Source of the DNA: Andalucia godoyi And28
Lineage: Eukaryota; Protista; Jakobida
Direction of reading: 5' to 3'
DNA: 64,000 bases
Assembly: GCA_009859145.1 (NCBI GenBank)
Contig: VRVR01000042.1
Coordinates: 197,332-261,331, forward strand
The position numbers and the translations under genes were made by a program. The notes under the pieces were generated by a model. The model did not search any database. It saw only the letters and a list, made by a program, of their open reading frames with translations, and was not told where the DNA came from. The stretch's first letter is position 1. Every line of letters begins with the position of its first letter. Shown here piece by piece: positions 38,548 through 49,119 of the stretch.

Positions 38548-40185
38548 CTATTGCCCGAATGTTTGGACACGAATCTTGCGATTTTCAAAGTATGACTGGG
38601 CAATGGCAATAGCATCTCTGCTCTCGATGTCCTCAGCTTTGTCGTCAGTGATGAAAACTTTGACCGGAAAGGCACCACGGAGGAAGACATTGATATGCGA
38701 CAGGAAAGCATCTGCCACAGACTGCGAACCATAGCCGCGAAGAACAAAGAGGCCGATGCGATGTTTTTCGGTGACTTGTACTTCCGAAACGTCAGACTCG
38801 ACGTTGCGGTGCGGGACATAAGGAAGACCCATCTGCTCCCAGCCCAGAGTCTTCCGCTCTGCGGTCTCCTCATTTGGTGTAAGCAGAAGAACAAAAGGCG
38901 GATCTGCGGAATCGATCTTCATGAACGCTCGGATTTTCTCGACTGGAGTGAACTGTGTTGCGATGAGCAGGGTGCACTTCAGCGGTTTCTTTTCAAACGT
39001 GTAGATGTTCATCCACTGGAATTGATGTCCTCGTTGGAGATAGAAAAAATATTGTCTGTCGCGATTGATCGTGCGGCTCCAGTCTGTAGTTCCCAACGTC
39101 CATCCGAGGCGCTGATCGGTGTTTCCCCACGTGCTCTTGTCATCCGGATCCACGGGCAAGACGTACGTGGTAACGTTAGCGTAGTTCAGTGCCATTACGG
39201 AGATCATGAAATCCTCGCCGGTGTCTTTCGTAAACGGCTCTTCCCTAAATAACAGTGGCAGCCACGCAGCCTCCATGAACCAGTGAGAACAGAGATAGTC
39301 CACAGGCGTCAGGGTTTTCGCCAGCAGACGCGTCCATGGATCCGGGAACATGACGCCTCCCTTCGTATAGTCAAAGTGGAACGGGAGTACGCCGTTTTCT
39401 GGGCCGGGGAGCAGCCATCCAATGGATCCAAGAACACCGCGGAACCGGGTCTTCATGGTCCGCGTTGCGTATTCCAGAAATCTTCTTCCAGGAAGAACAT
39501 CGTCGTCCACAACCCACACATACTTCGTGCTGACTCCCAGAGCGATTTCAAAGCGACCATAGTACCCAAGGTTCTTGGAGGAGTAGAAAACCTCGGTTTG
39601 CGTCTCGTGGCATATCGATTTGACATTTTCAACAATCCGAAGGGCTTCCGCAAACTGCAAAGTTCCAAATGCCACAACCCAAATGGCTTTCGGAGGTGTC
39701 GTTTGTCCTATTAGCGACCGGAGCTGATTTTCCAGCAGATGGACTCGTTTCCAGACGTTCAGGATGACCGTGACCTCCAGCGAGCCAGCCTGAACAAGAG
39801 GTTCTTTCTGCAGCTCATCAAACGTAGGGCCCTTTGAAGCCGCAACTGCACGATTCAGCATCTTTCGCTTAGCTCGAAGAATTTCTTCGGCGGGAGGGTC
39901 CGCAGAAGCCTGTGCGGACGGATCCAGAGCAGGGAGTTCTCGCACCCATGCCGCACAGGAAAGGCGTTGTTTTTGATAAAGCGTTGAAACTCGCTCTGAA
40001 GCAATCTCCACATCAGACGACGACGACGACGACGACGACGACGAAGACGATGAACCTACTCGGAGAAATATGAGAACAAAGGCAGTGAACAGGCAAGCAG
40101 CGGTGAGTATATATAGTTTCGCGCGTGGAGAAGCTGCTCTCCAGGATCGCAGAAACATAATAGAGTCAAAGGCAAATCGCTGCAT
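38548..40185 (-). CDS. Type II membrane GT-A (GT2-like) glycosyltransferase (545 aa)
   Basis: N-terminal TM, poly-Ser stem, VILNVWKR..NQLRSLIGQT, YYGRFEIAL, VWVVDDDVLPG (DxD), VLGSIG, VDYLCSHWF, TGEDF and YVLPVDPDDKSTWG. Confidence 0.88.
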   Translation of the reverse strand: MQRFAFDSIMFLRSWRAASPRAKLYILTAACLFTAFVLIFLRVGSSSSSSSSSSSSSDVEIASERVSTLYQKQRLSCAAWVRELPALDPSAQASADPPAEEILRAKRKMLNRAVAASKGPTFDELQKEPLVQAGSLEVTVILNVWKRVHLLENQLRSLIGQTTPPKAIWVVAFGTLQFAEALRIVENVKSICHETQTEVFYSSKNLGYYGRFEIALGVSTKYVWVVDDDVLPGRRFLEYATRTMKTRFRGVLGSIGWLLPGPENGVLPFHFDYTKGGVMFPDPWTRLLAKTLTPVDYLCSHWFMEAAWLPLLFREEPFTKDTGEDFMISVMALNYANVTTYVLPVDPDDKSTWGNTDQRLGWTLGTTDWSRTINRDRQYFFYLQRGHQFQWMNIYTFEKKPLKCTLLIATQFTPVEKIRAFMKIDSADPPFVLLLTPNEETAERKTLGWEQMGLPYVPHRNVESDVSEVQVTEKHRIGLFVLRGYGSQSVADAFLSHINVFLRGAFPVKVFITDDKAEDIESRDAIAIAQSYFENRKIRVQTFGQ

Positions 40186-40609
40186 CCTTTGTTCTCAGCA
40201 CACACGGACGGACTGACGCCTTCTTGAGTTCACCAGCAGGCAGCTCCACTTTTCTTCGCGTGTTTTTCGAAACCACTCAGCGCACACGTTAGGCAATAAA
40301 CAATAAACAAGCTTACTTTTATAAAAGGAATCTAAAATTTAAAATTATTTTAAAATTTAGTTTTTTAAATTTTTTTAAATATATTAAAAAAAGTAAATTC
40401 TGGGAAAAGCAAAAAATATGCAACAGAACTAAGGAAAAAGAGGAGAGAAGCAGAGAGCTGCGAGATTGGAAAGCGCATGCGAAATGGCGTCTGGCGGCGA
40501 GCAGCAGGCGAGGAAACTGTCGAGAGTTTTTGGAGACATGCTCGTGGAGTGTACGAAAGATGGAGAGTTGCTTTTCAATTATTTTATTTTATTTTCTTCT
40601 TTCATCATC

Positions 40610-40660
<51 letters not shown>

Positions 40661-40726
40661 TTTGGGGGGTGTTTTTGTTTAAGGAGATACTGTTTAACGG
40701 GGCTCGGGAATAGAAGGAAACAGCCG

Positions 40727-43462
40727 TCAGCTCTTGGCGCTCATGGGCCGTCGAGAGGCGGTCTTACCAGCGTCTGAAAGGGACCGACTTCGGGAGGACA
40801 CAGGATCGAAAGTACATTCTTTAAGTTCTGCTTCGTCCATTTCCCTCTTCTTTTCCAGTCGTTTCTGCTCTGATTTCTTGGCATCTTGAAAGAGAGCTTC
40901 ATGCAGCGGTTGGTGATCTACGCGTTTCTTGCTCGCCAAAACCGCACTCCGCTCAGAGATCTGAGGACGGAACTCGGATTCCTCTTGCACTCGGGCGCGA
41001 TCCTCCAACGGGTCATAGATATAGGACATGAAAGCCCCCACTGCAATGTGCTGTTTGTGCAGCCGCTTGTCCAAAGCATCTGAAAATTCCGCAAACGAAT
41101 ACTGCTTATCCGGATCGGAATGCAAGATGTACAACACTTCTCGCGCGACTTCGGAACGGAGCAACGCAGTGTTGCACGAGTCGGCTGAAATGAATCCGTC
41201 GCGATCCATCGAGTCCAGCATGGAGAACAGGATCGAAAACTTCTTCTTCTTCTTTTCTTCAAACAGCTTTTGGGATTTCTCAGAAGAGTGTGTCATATTC
41301 GCCATCTGCGCAACCTTGTCTTTTTCCTTTTGTTCCAACCTCTGGCGCACTGCTTCGATCTCCGTCCGCGCGTTGTACAGATGATCGGACACATTGCGAT
41401 TTGACACCACCGAGGCAGAACGCTGCTCGTCGCTGTTCGACGAACTTTCGTTGGATCGTGCAGATTCAAGACGGGGTCGAAAAAGGGGTTGGCCGGTGAT
41501 CGGGTCTACCCTCGCATCGGCTTGCTGCTGCTTCAGCTCCTCGATCACAGCGTCTCGCTCCTGCTTGGAATACACCAATCGATTGATAAAATCGTCAAAA
41601 TTCTCGCCATCTCGCTGCCGCTGGACTTTGCGGGCAAATACGGACGACTTCTCTGTTTGGGGCCGGAATGTCGCTTCCTGTTCCGCAAGTTGCTCGTATT
41701 CCAATTGTCGCAACCTCCTGCGCTCCGCATCAAGGAACAACTGATCATAATGAGTCATGTGCTGCTCTTTGAGCAATCGATCCTTTTCAGAAACTAACAG
41801 CTCCGACCTGCGGTTGATCTGCGGTTGAAACGTGCATCCTTCCATCTTCCGCCTTTCCTCCTCTAATGCGAGCCTTAGCCGCGCCGCTTCACGATCCTCG
41901 TTGGACGTGAGGAGCCTGTGCAGGTGCTCATTCTTTGTGCTCGGAGCATCTCCTTGCATCCTCCGGGCAACTTGCGAAATCTGTGGTTTGAAAGTAGCCT
42001 CGGGGTCATTCTCCGCTTCCTTTCTGGCCTTTTCCGCTTCTTTATCGCGCTCTTCGCGCTTCCGCATTCCTTCTTTGTACAGACGATCGCCAAAATTGTC
42101 GTATCCGTCTGCTCGTTGCTGGTTGATCGACCGCGAAACGCTGGACATTCCACGCCTGCGTGAGCGCAAGTCAGCATCCTTTTGCTCTTCATGCCTCTGT
42201 CGCACCTCTTCGTTGTGCTTCACACGCACAAACGAATCTGAGTGCAAGCGAGAGAACACAGTGGAACCATTCTGGTCCACTCCGTATGAATCGTGGAGCG
42301 GAGATGACGACTCGTAGGAAGCCGATGCATTGTGCGCCACAATTTCGTCACGTCCCTCTGCAGTGGATGGTCTTTGCTGCACAGCAGTTGTGGCAGCTTT
42401 GGAATTCGATGGTGGAACACGTGGAGGAGCAGGAAGGGACGCGGACTCGGAAGACGACGCGGAAACAGACACATGCACAGACGACGACGACGACGACGAC
42501 GAAGTAGTGGTCGTGGCAGTGGTGGCGGTGGTAGACGTGGGTGTGTACAGCGAGGCAGATGATGCCGGCACCGAGACAGGTGGAGGTGGGTGAGGCGGTG
42601 CCAAGCCAGGCGAAGAAAAGGTCGATGCCGAAGCGGAGTGTGGAGGAGGTGATTTGACACGATCTCTCGGCTGTGCGAGTGCCTCGATTCGTTCTTTTCG
42701 AGACTTTTCTTCCAAACGCTTTCGCTCTCGCTCCTTTTCCTTTTCCTTTGCGATCTGCGGCTGGATATTTCGAATGTTTGCCCTGATATGATCAGACAAC
42801 GGGTCGACGACGTGCTCTCCAAGGCCATGCTTTTGAACAAACTGCACTGCCAGCATCCGAGGATCATCGTCCTCGTGAATACGAATCTGATCGGAGCGAC
42901 CGTCACCAATCTCCACCGTCATGATCAGAATCACGCGCCGCTTGCCCTGTGACTGGCCGCTTTCGGCAGCGTAGGCAAGTCGCTGCTGCTGCTGTTGCAG
43001 AGCTCGTTCTTGCGCAAGACGCTCGTTCTCCTCCATTCGGCGTGCTTCCTCCATTGCTGCAGCACGCTCGCTATTCGGCATACTGCGAGACTGCGGTCGC
43101 TGTGAATGTGCAGTTCCTTGATTATGCGGTGGACTGCGACTCTTTCGTTCAGAAACAGCAGTCGTCGTCGTCGAAGTCGCCGTCACAGCAGCAGGGCTGG
43201 AAGGTCCGGAGGAACCAGCCGAGGGATTGGACCGTCTCTGGAGCGCAAGATCTGCAGCACGGGCGTCTCGGAGCTCTTGGTTCAACCGTCGCAGCTTATC
43301 ATCCTGGACAGAAACACCCGAGTTTGAATGATACGCAGAATGCTGCTCGAACTTGTCATCGAGTGCCTGTTTCATGGCAGCTTCTGCACGCGAAATGCGC
43401 TCTGCAATCGCCCTGTCGCGCTCTTCAATCGTCGGAGACGTTATGGAATTCGTTCGGGACAT
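40727..43462 (-). CDS. Low-complexity/coiled-coil protein with recurrent TFxPxI motifs and an EF-hand-like segment (911 aa); probably microtubule-associated
   Basis: Start at MSRTNSITS; the upstream ORF extension is simple-repeat UTR. Motifs ATFKPQIS, CTFQPQIN, ATFRPQT, PLFRPRL, SEFRPQIS, CTFDP, plus FSMLDSMDRDGFIS and the small domain MTVEIGDGRSDQIRIHEDDDPRMLAVQF. Confidence 0.8.
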   Translation of the reverse strand: MSRTNSITSPTIEERDRAIAERISRAEAAMKQALDDKFEQHSAYHSNSGVSVQDDKLRRLNQELRDARAADLALQRRSNPSAGSSGPSSPAAVTATSTTTTAVSERKSRSPPHNQGTAHSQRPQSRSMPNSERAAAMEEARRMEENERLAQERALQQQQQRLAYAAESGQSQGKRRVILIMTVEIGDGRSDQIRIHEDDDPRMLAVQFVQKHGLGEHVVDPLSDHIRANIRNIQPQIAKEKEKERERKRLEEKSRKERIEALAQPRDRVKSPPPHSASASTFSSPGLAPPHPPPPVSVPASSASLYTPTSTTATTATTTTSSSSSSSSVHVSVSASSSESASLPAPPRVPPSNSKAATTAVQQRPSTAEGRDEIVAHNASASYESSSPLHDSYGVDQNGSTVFSRLHSDSFVRVKHNEEVRQRHEEQKDADLRSRRRGMSSVSRSINQQRADGYDNFGDRLYKEGMRKREERDKEAEKARKEAENDPEATFKPQISQVARRMQGDAPSTKNEHLHRLLTSNEDREAARLRLALEEERRKMEGCTFQPQINRRSELLVSEKDRLLKEQHMTHYDQLFLDAERRRLRQLEYEQLAEQEATFRPQTEKSSVFARKVQRQRDGENFDDFINRLVYSKQERDAVIEELKQQQADARVDPITGQPLFRPRLESARSNESSSNSDEQRSASVVSNRNVSDHLYNARTEIEAVRQRLEQKEKDKVAQMANMTHSSEKSQKLFEEKKKKKFSILFSMLDSMDRDGFISADSCNTALLRSEVAREVLYILHSDPDKQYSFAEFSDALDKRLHKQHIAVGAFMSYIYDPLEDRARVQEESEFRPQISERSAVLASKKRVDHQPLHEALFQDAKKSEQKRLEKKREMDEAELKECTFDPVSSRSRSLSDAGKTASRRPMSAKS

Positions 43463-43916
43463 CAAAGAAGCACAGCGCCGAAAAAAGGAAGAAAGAAAGA
43501 AGAAAACACGATGAAGAAGCAAGAAAAATTCAAAGCAGTGAAAATTATACCAGAGATGGTGGGGGTGGCAGGGGAACGAATAAGTTACAACAACAATAAG
43601 AAGGATAAGAATGATGAGAATAAAGCTGTGGAAAGCTCGGAAAGAATGAGGATGGAATCGAATGCAAAAGGTGGGGGGAAGTGTTTTTGGCAGAGACCTC
43701 TCCAGCGCTGCCCTTTGGAGAGAGACTTTCAGTTCATTTTTCGGAGACGTTGACGAAGAGCCGGACTTTTTTTTCCCCCCTTCCTTACCCCTTCCCACCT
43801 TTCTCCGGGAATAGAGAGAAGGCCTGGGAACAATCTGCAATAAAAACAGCAACAGAATACGACGGGTGAAGCGGGGAGAAAGTGCTGGGAGTTGTTTTGA
43901 AAGTTTGGTTTTAAAT

Positions 43917-45464
43917 CTAGTGTTCGTGTTGCTTTTCAAGCCATTCGAGCTGCTCCTTTTCCCACTCCTTCTTCTTCTTTTCGCCGACGACGGCAGCTGA
44001 TTCTGCTCGAACACCCAGTTCGCGCTTGCATCGCTCGACCCACTTTCGCACCGTCGGGACGTCAACACCCATGCGCTTGGCGAATCTGTCGTCTGGAATG
44101 GTGACGTATGTGAGCGGCATAAGGCCCTTGTCTCGCACCTCCTTCTCCATTACATCGTCTCTCTTGGTATCTGGTTCGTCTTTCCTCTCGCGGAGCGTGA
44201 CTTCATACTCTCCAATGGTCAAATACCCCTCGCTGCTTTCTCCGTCGTCGCCACAAGCATCGTGTTTCTTCGTCGCACCGCCCTTTTTCTGATCCACAAT
44301 AAAGGACTGCCACATGAGCATTCGCGGAACGACACGGTCTTGAAGCGAGTAGGAAAACACAAAATGATGGGCTGCAAGATAGTCCATTGAATAGCCGCAT
44401 TGGTTGACAAACCAATCAAAACGAGGTCCAATTGTTCGCTCTGGATTCGCACGAACTACAAAGATCGATTTGCACAGTCGCTCAATTTCAGAGTCTCCCA
44501 TCCCGCGGGAGCGAAGGTACGACCGAGTTTCTGCAACATGTCGAGACGAAATGACAAGCGTCCACGGAATGTTGGAAAGCAGCGAACGCGCTCGAGTGTC
44601 TGAATATCCCATCTGCGACGTGAGAAATCGAAACTGCTCAGAAAGACGACCGGATTTGTACGCTAGAACTGTTGGAGTTCGTTCAATGAGCGACCGGATG
44701 TTGGATTCGGAGAACCCAATCGACCGACACTCGGACAAGAACCGTGCGTACAGAGCATGCCGCGCGCTGTCCTCAAGCGGAACCGCAAGCATGACCCAGC
44801 GAAAAACATGACGAAGACGATGTGGACGGACACGAAAGATGTGTTGCAGCTCGTTGACGGCGAGCTTCGTAACAAACTCTGGGTCTGTAACATGCAGCAG
44901 TCGTCGTAGAGTGGGAGGCGGCAGGTTTGACAGCAAATCAAGTGATTCTGCAACCCGCGTGTTTGCTAGGAATGCGCGAATGTCAATCTTTGGGTCCGTG
45001 GAGGTAACATGTGCACCGTCAGCACTGGAACTGACCGTGGTAGTGGTAGTAGTAGTCGTGGCAATCAGCGCGGGATCATCTGGAAAGACGACCGACAGTT
45101 CACCGGCAGACAAGGCGAATCGCAACAGTTTGCCAGATGGCTTTGTCAGTTTCAACATTTTGGTCAGCTCATCGACATCCACATGCTCCTGCAGCACAAC
45201 CTGCTGCGGATTTGACGTGAACACGGTCGATCGCGCCACGGACTCGACTGCATCGGAGATTTCGCTGGGATTCCGATTCAGTGCCGTGCCGACTGCAGTG
45301 ATTCGATGCGTCAGATTCTCCAGCAATGTGCTGCGGTCGACCAGAGTGGAAAACGACTGTCGAGCTGCAAATCCAGTCGAGCGAAGCATGCTCTTTGCCG
45401 CACACGCTGGCGCGTTCCGGAAACTCCCAGACAAAACGATGTGACTGACAGCTCGAAAGAACAT
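43917..45464 (-). CDS. Mitochondrial transcription termination factor (mTERF) family protein (515 aa)
   Basis: Arg/Ser/Ala-rich presequence; mTERF repeats IERTPTVLAYKSGRL..FL..MG, LSNIPWTLVIS, NPERTIGPRFDWF..CG and FSYSLQDRVVPR. Confidence 0.82.
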   Translation of the reverse strand: MFFRAVSHIVLSGSFRNAPACAAKSMLRSTGFAARQSFSTLVDRSTLLENLTHRITAVGTALNRNPSEISDAVESVARSTVFTSNPQQVVLQEHVDVDELTKMLKLTKPSGKLLRFALSAGELSVVFPDDPALIATTTTTTTTVSSSADGAHVTSTDPKIDIRAFLANTRVAESLDLLSNLPPPTLRRLLHVTDPEFVTKLAVNELQHIFRVRPHRLRHVFRWVMLAVPLEDSARHALYARFLSECRSIGFSESNIRSLIERTPTVLAYKSGRLSEQFRFLTSQMGYSDTRARSLLSNIPWTLVISSRHVAETRSYLRSRGMGDSEIERLCKSIFVVRANPERTIGPRFDWFVNQCGYSMDYLAAHHFVFSYSLQDRVVPRMLMWQSFIVDQKKGGATKKHDACGDDGESSEGYLTIGEYEVTLRERKDEPDTKRDDVMEKEVRDKGLMPLTYVTIPDDRFAKRMGVDVPTVRKWVERCKRELGVRAESAAVVGEKKKKEWEKEQLEWLEKQHEH

Positions 45465-45803
45465 GATGCTCGTTTTCTTGCCCGAACCAACCCAGCAAAT
45501 CTAACAAGATCGCCCTGCGAGAATAAATGGAAAAATGCCACAGGAAAAAAAAAGATCCCGTTCTCTTTTCTTGCGCGTCACTCTGGCGTCTGGCGTCTGG
45601 CCTCTCGGAAGCCTGGTGTTGCAAACATTCCGAGTGAATCATGCTCTCTTCGTGTGTGCAAACAGAGAGAAAGAGTTTGTCGGATTTCTGCCTTGGTGGG
45701 CGCTCTTTTTTTAATTTACGTCAGTTGGCAAGAAAGGGCAACGCAATCCCCTTTTCAGTGCTTTTGAGAAACAAAAACCCCCGCACGCCCGCTCTCCGTC
45801 AGC

Positions 45804-46175
45804 TTAGGACTTGCTCACTTCGGACGCTCGCTGAAGAACGGAATCGCGGGTTGGCGGAGGTCTTTCGCCTTCTTTCGGATACACAACATACTGCCGCTAA
45901 ACCACGTTTTGTTTGTAGTTGACGAACGGAATCGTAAGAATCTTGCCCACATGTTCTCGGGGAGACTTGGATATATACAGAAACCCAAGAGAAAAAATAA
46001 CAAGAACAAGAACAAGAACAAGAACAAGAACGAGAACGAGAACGACGGTTATAGTGAGACATACGTTCAACAGGACTTTGTCCAAGAATTGAGGAGCGGC
46101 AATGTACGCAACCGCAAAAATAGGAACCCCTACATACACTGTGAATTTAAAGGCCTCCAGCAGCTTTCCACCCAT
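45804..46175 (-). CDS. PET100: PET100 cytochrome c oxidase assembly factor, two exons (46175-46065, 45896-45804), 67 aa; not called correctly in the ORF track
   Basis: MGGKLLEAFKFTVYVGVPIFAVAYIAAPQFLDKVLLN / RQYVVYPKEGERPPPTRD; phase-0 intron GTATGT..TTAG containing a (TTGTTC)n tract. Confidence 0.88.
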
Positions 46176-46653
46176 TGCAACAGTATTCCCGAGAAATGCA
46201 GCGGACGCAGATGCTGGACACAATGACCACCAAAAAAAGGACCTTCGAAAAAGGAAAAAAAAGGGCCAGTTCGTCAAAAGCCAGCCTTGCGTGAGTGCGA
46301 CAAGCGAAACCCCGGAGGAACTCAACTAAGCTCAAGAGACTCGAGCAGATACTGGCAAAAAGCCGGGGTGATGCATGTTTCGGGAATTCGAGATGTGTTT
46401 CCATTTTATTATTATTATTCTTACTATTTTACTATTTTATTATTTTATTATTTTAGCATTTTAGTATTGAAATATTTCTTCAATTTGTTGTTTCATTCTT
46501 TTCATTTCTTCCATCTCTTTTGATCGGTACCAGGCTTTTCACTCTGCCAGCATTTGATCTGAGTTTCACTTATTTATTTACTTACTCTTCTTCTTCTTAG
46601 TATTATTATTATTATTATTATTATTTTACATTAATTTTTGATTCATCCGATCC

Positions 46654-47685
46654 ATGTCCCAGTTGTCGAGGATATCCTGGCCGTCATTGTCCGACAGTGC
46701 TTTCATGAACATGGTGGACTCGAAGCTTGTTTCCGAGTCTGAGCTGTCGGCTATGTTTTCGCAGTCTTCTCTTTCAGATGAAATGATTGCTTGCGGCAGA
46801 GAGCTGAGTCAGCCGCTGTCTCAGACGTGGGTGCTTGCGGACTGTGGTCAAAACACTCCCAATAGACTTGGGTATGACAAGTCGGACATTTTGAACGAAG
46901 ACGGATTTTCAGGCTTGGATATTCCGGGTGTTTGCTCGCTGGAAGTGCCGTCACTGAGCAGCACGCCCTGTGGAATGACTGTTCCTTCCAGCGACTCGCA
47001 TCATGGTCGTGATGATGATGACATTGGCGGTGCTGGTGGAGGTGTTATAGAGGATGAGGAGAGGAAGACGGGGTTGGGCGAGGCAATTGAAGATGCGTCC
47101 TGCCATTCGGGCACGTCAACGATGTCGTCGCATGCGAGTGCACTCTCGATACCGTGGTTTGGCGTACCGTTTCAACTGCTCCCGTCCTGTTCAGTGGTTG
47201 TGCTATGGAAACACGGGACAGCGATGCACTCGCCTTGGATTGGCGATGTCCACTCTGATGTATTGAAGACAATGACAAATCGAGTTGGGATCCGGTTCTC
47301 CGGCATTCTTCCGATGTGCATCTCGTGTCGGTTGATTTTGCTCGATGATGGTTCGCAAAGCGGATTTAATAAGATGGTTCCCAAGTCTCGCAAGACCGGA
47401 GTTGCTCCATTCGAATTGTGTTTTCCTGCGGGCGACTTCTCTGGAAAATCCGAAGTGTTTCCGTTCGAGCCGTTTATTATTCCGAAGCCGACAGTTGGCG
47501 TTGGCCTGAATTTGAGGTTCGTGGTTATTGTGCAGGACAACCTCACAGGACGACAGCTCAATATTGTATCAAGCTCCTGCTTCCAAGTTCGGGGTCGACA
47601 GCCCTCCACTCCCGAGGAGAACGAGCGTCGCCGCCTGCGCAACGCGACACGAAGGCTTGGAGAAGAGGAATTGTCAATGCAGTAA
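46654..47685 (+). CDS. Uncharacterised 343-aa protein with an acidic N-half, beta-rich C-terminal domain and basic tail; possible transcription factor
   Basis: ATG ORF; ends LRFVVIVQD..SSSCFQVRGRQP..ENERRRLRNATRR. Confidence 0.7.
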   Translation: MSQLSRISWPSLSDSAFMNMVDSKLVSESELSAMFSQSSLSDEMIACGRELSQPLSQTWVLADCGQNTPNRLGYDKSDILNEDGFSGLDIPGVCSLEVPSLSSTPCGMTVPSSDSHHGRDDDDIGGAGGGVIEDEERKTGLGEAIEDASCHSGTSTMSSHASALSIPWFGVPFQLLPSCSVVVLWKHGTAMHSPWIGDVHSDVLKTMTNRVGIRFSGILPMCISCRLILLDDGSQSGFNKMVPKSRKTGVAPFELCFPAGDFSGKSEVFPFEPFIIPKPTVGVGLNLRFVVIVQDNLTGRQLNIVSSSCFQVRGRQPSTPEENERRRLRNATRRLGEEELSMQ

Positions 47686-47894
47686 CGAATACGGGAATGA
47701 GGTGTCCTTTCTTTTTAATTAGCATGAACATGTATTTATGGATGAACAACAATGAAAAGGAAAAAGAAAAGAAAAAGCAGATGTAGAGATTTATGAAATG
47801 TCCAAAAACTGCAGATCATAACGTAATATGACGAGGTGGGGGGGTTGGAAAGAAATTGGCGAGCCAAGAGAAGGAAAAAAGGAGAACACGCGTG

Positions 47895-48437
47895 TTAATA
47901 GTCGCCATAGGCTCGCTTGAAGGACTCCCAGTGACCAGTGGCGTTCGTATCTAAACACCAAGGAACCTCGGAGGTGGCGGACTCGCGATCCAAAGTACAC
48001 GGCCCCAGAGGGAGCCGTAGACCATACATGACCTCACTGGCATCCATTGCAATCTTGCATTTGATGGAGACATGGTCAGACCAACCACACTCTGACATTT
48101 TCCCCAACGCCCGGCACGCCAAAGGAGACGCGTCGATGACTGGCCGGCCAGCAGAGGTCTCCACAGAGCACGAGGGTCCGAGGTCAACAATCTTTAGGTT
48201 CACACTCTGTCCTGTCGAGGAAGAAGAGCACGTGATTGTGGCTCCACATCCGAAGCGCTGCGAGTCAGCCGCATAATACCAGTCGCAGTTTCCGCACGAA
48301 GGGCCGCAGCTCGTTTGCGGATCGCAAAACGACGTCAGGTAGTACATGCCGTCAGCAGGAATATTCTTGTTTACACACACTGCATAGCCCACACAAGCCA
48401 CTGCGAACACGTACGCAAAGCAGAAACCGATTTTCAT
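47895..48437 (-). CDS. Secreted Cys-rich double-psi beta-barrel (RlpA/expansin/barwin-like) protein (180 aa)
   Basis: Signal peptide MKIGFCFAYVFAVACVGYA and motif FGCGATITC..GQSVNLKIVDLGPSC..VIDASPLACRAL. Confidence 0.75.
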   Translation of the reverse strand: MKIGFCFAYVFAVACVGYAVCVNKNIPADGMYYLTSFCDPQTSCGPSCGNCDWYYAADSQRFGCGATITCSSSSTGQSVNLKIVDLGPSCSVETSAGRPVIDASPLACRALGKMSECGWSDHVSIKCKIAMDASEVMYGLRLPLGPCTLDRESATSEVPWCLDTNATGHWESFKRAYGDY

Positions 48438-49119
48438 GATCCAGACTGCACAAGACAAGATGCGGTGGTGTTTTTTAACCCCCCTTCAATTAGGTGCTGA
48501 TTGTGAAAAACGGGGAGAAAGACGGGGAGAAAACAAGAAATCAAAAGAATCGAACCACTTGGCTGTCTTGTCTTGTCATGCTGCACAGGATCCTCTCAGC
48601 GAGCCAGCAAACACTCCGCAGGCTGTGCGTCTACTCGCACGACGTACGACGAGTTTAATTAAACATAATTTCCTCCAACGCAGGCTTGCCGGAAGGTTTG
48701 TCGTTCCGGTAAGTGCCTTCCTGAGAATTTTTTGGCGTTAAAGGACTGTTCGTAAGAGCTCTCTACTGGACCAATTACTCGGCGGAGACAACCACGGAAG
48801 TGGCGTGTAGCGAGCTGCCGCGTCGCGGGCGGAGGGTGCAGCAGCAGCATTTTTTTTCAAAGTTCTTTTTTGCATTTCTTTTGGGTTGATCTTCATTCAG
48901 TAGCAGGTGGGTGGGGGAATAAAAACCCAGCCATGTTATCCGCTGGTATCACAAACTCATCGAACACGAGAAGTTTGGGATTGAAGGGGAGTACTAACAG
49001 ACAGTTGATTGCATCACACGCTACCAACAGCAAAAACAGAAAGCTTTGAAAGCCCAGAGAAATCGCGGGTTTTGCAATGGCCTTGATTTTACGCCGATTG
49101 AGGAAGATACAGAGAATCA

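Noticed and set aside
43463-44068. N-terminal extension of the 1,113-aa ORF (likewise 12746-13006, 1298-1462 and 29181-29246)
   Set aside because: These use alternative start codons, run through simple-repeat or T-rich UTR, and in one case overlap the mTERF 3' end; downstream ATGs were used instead.
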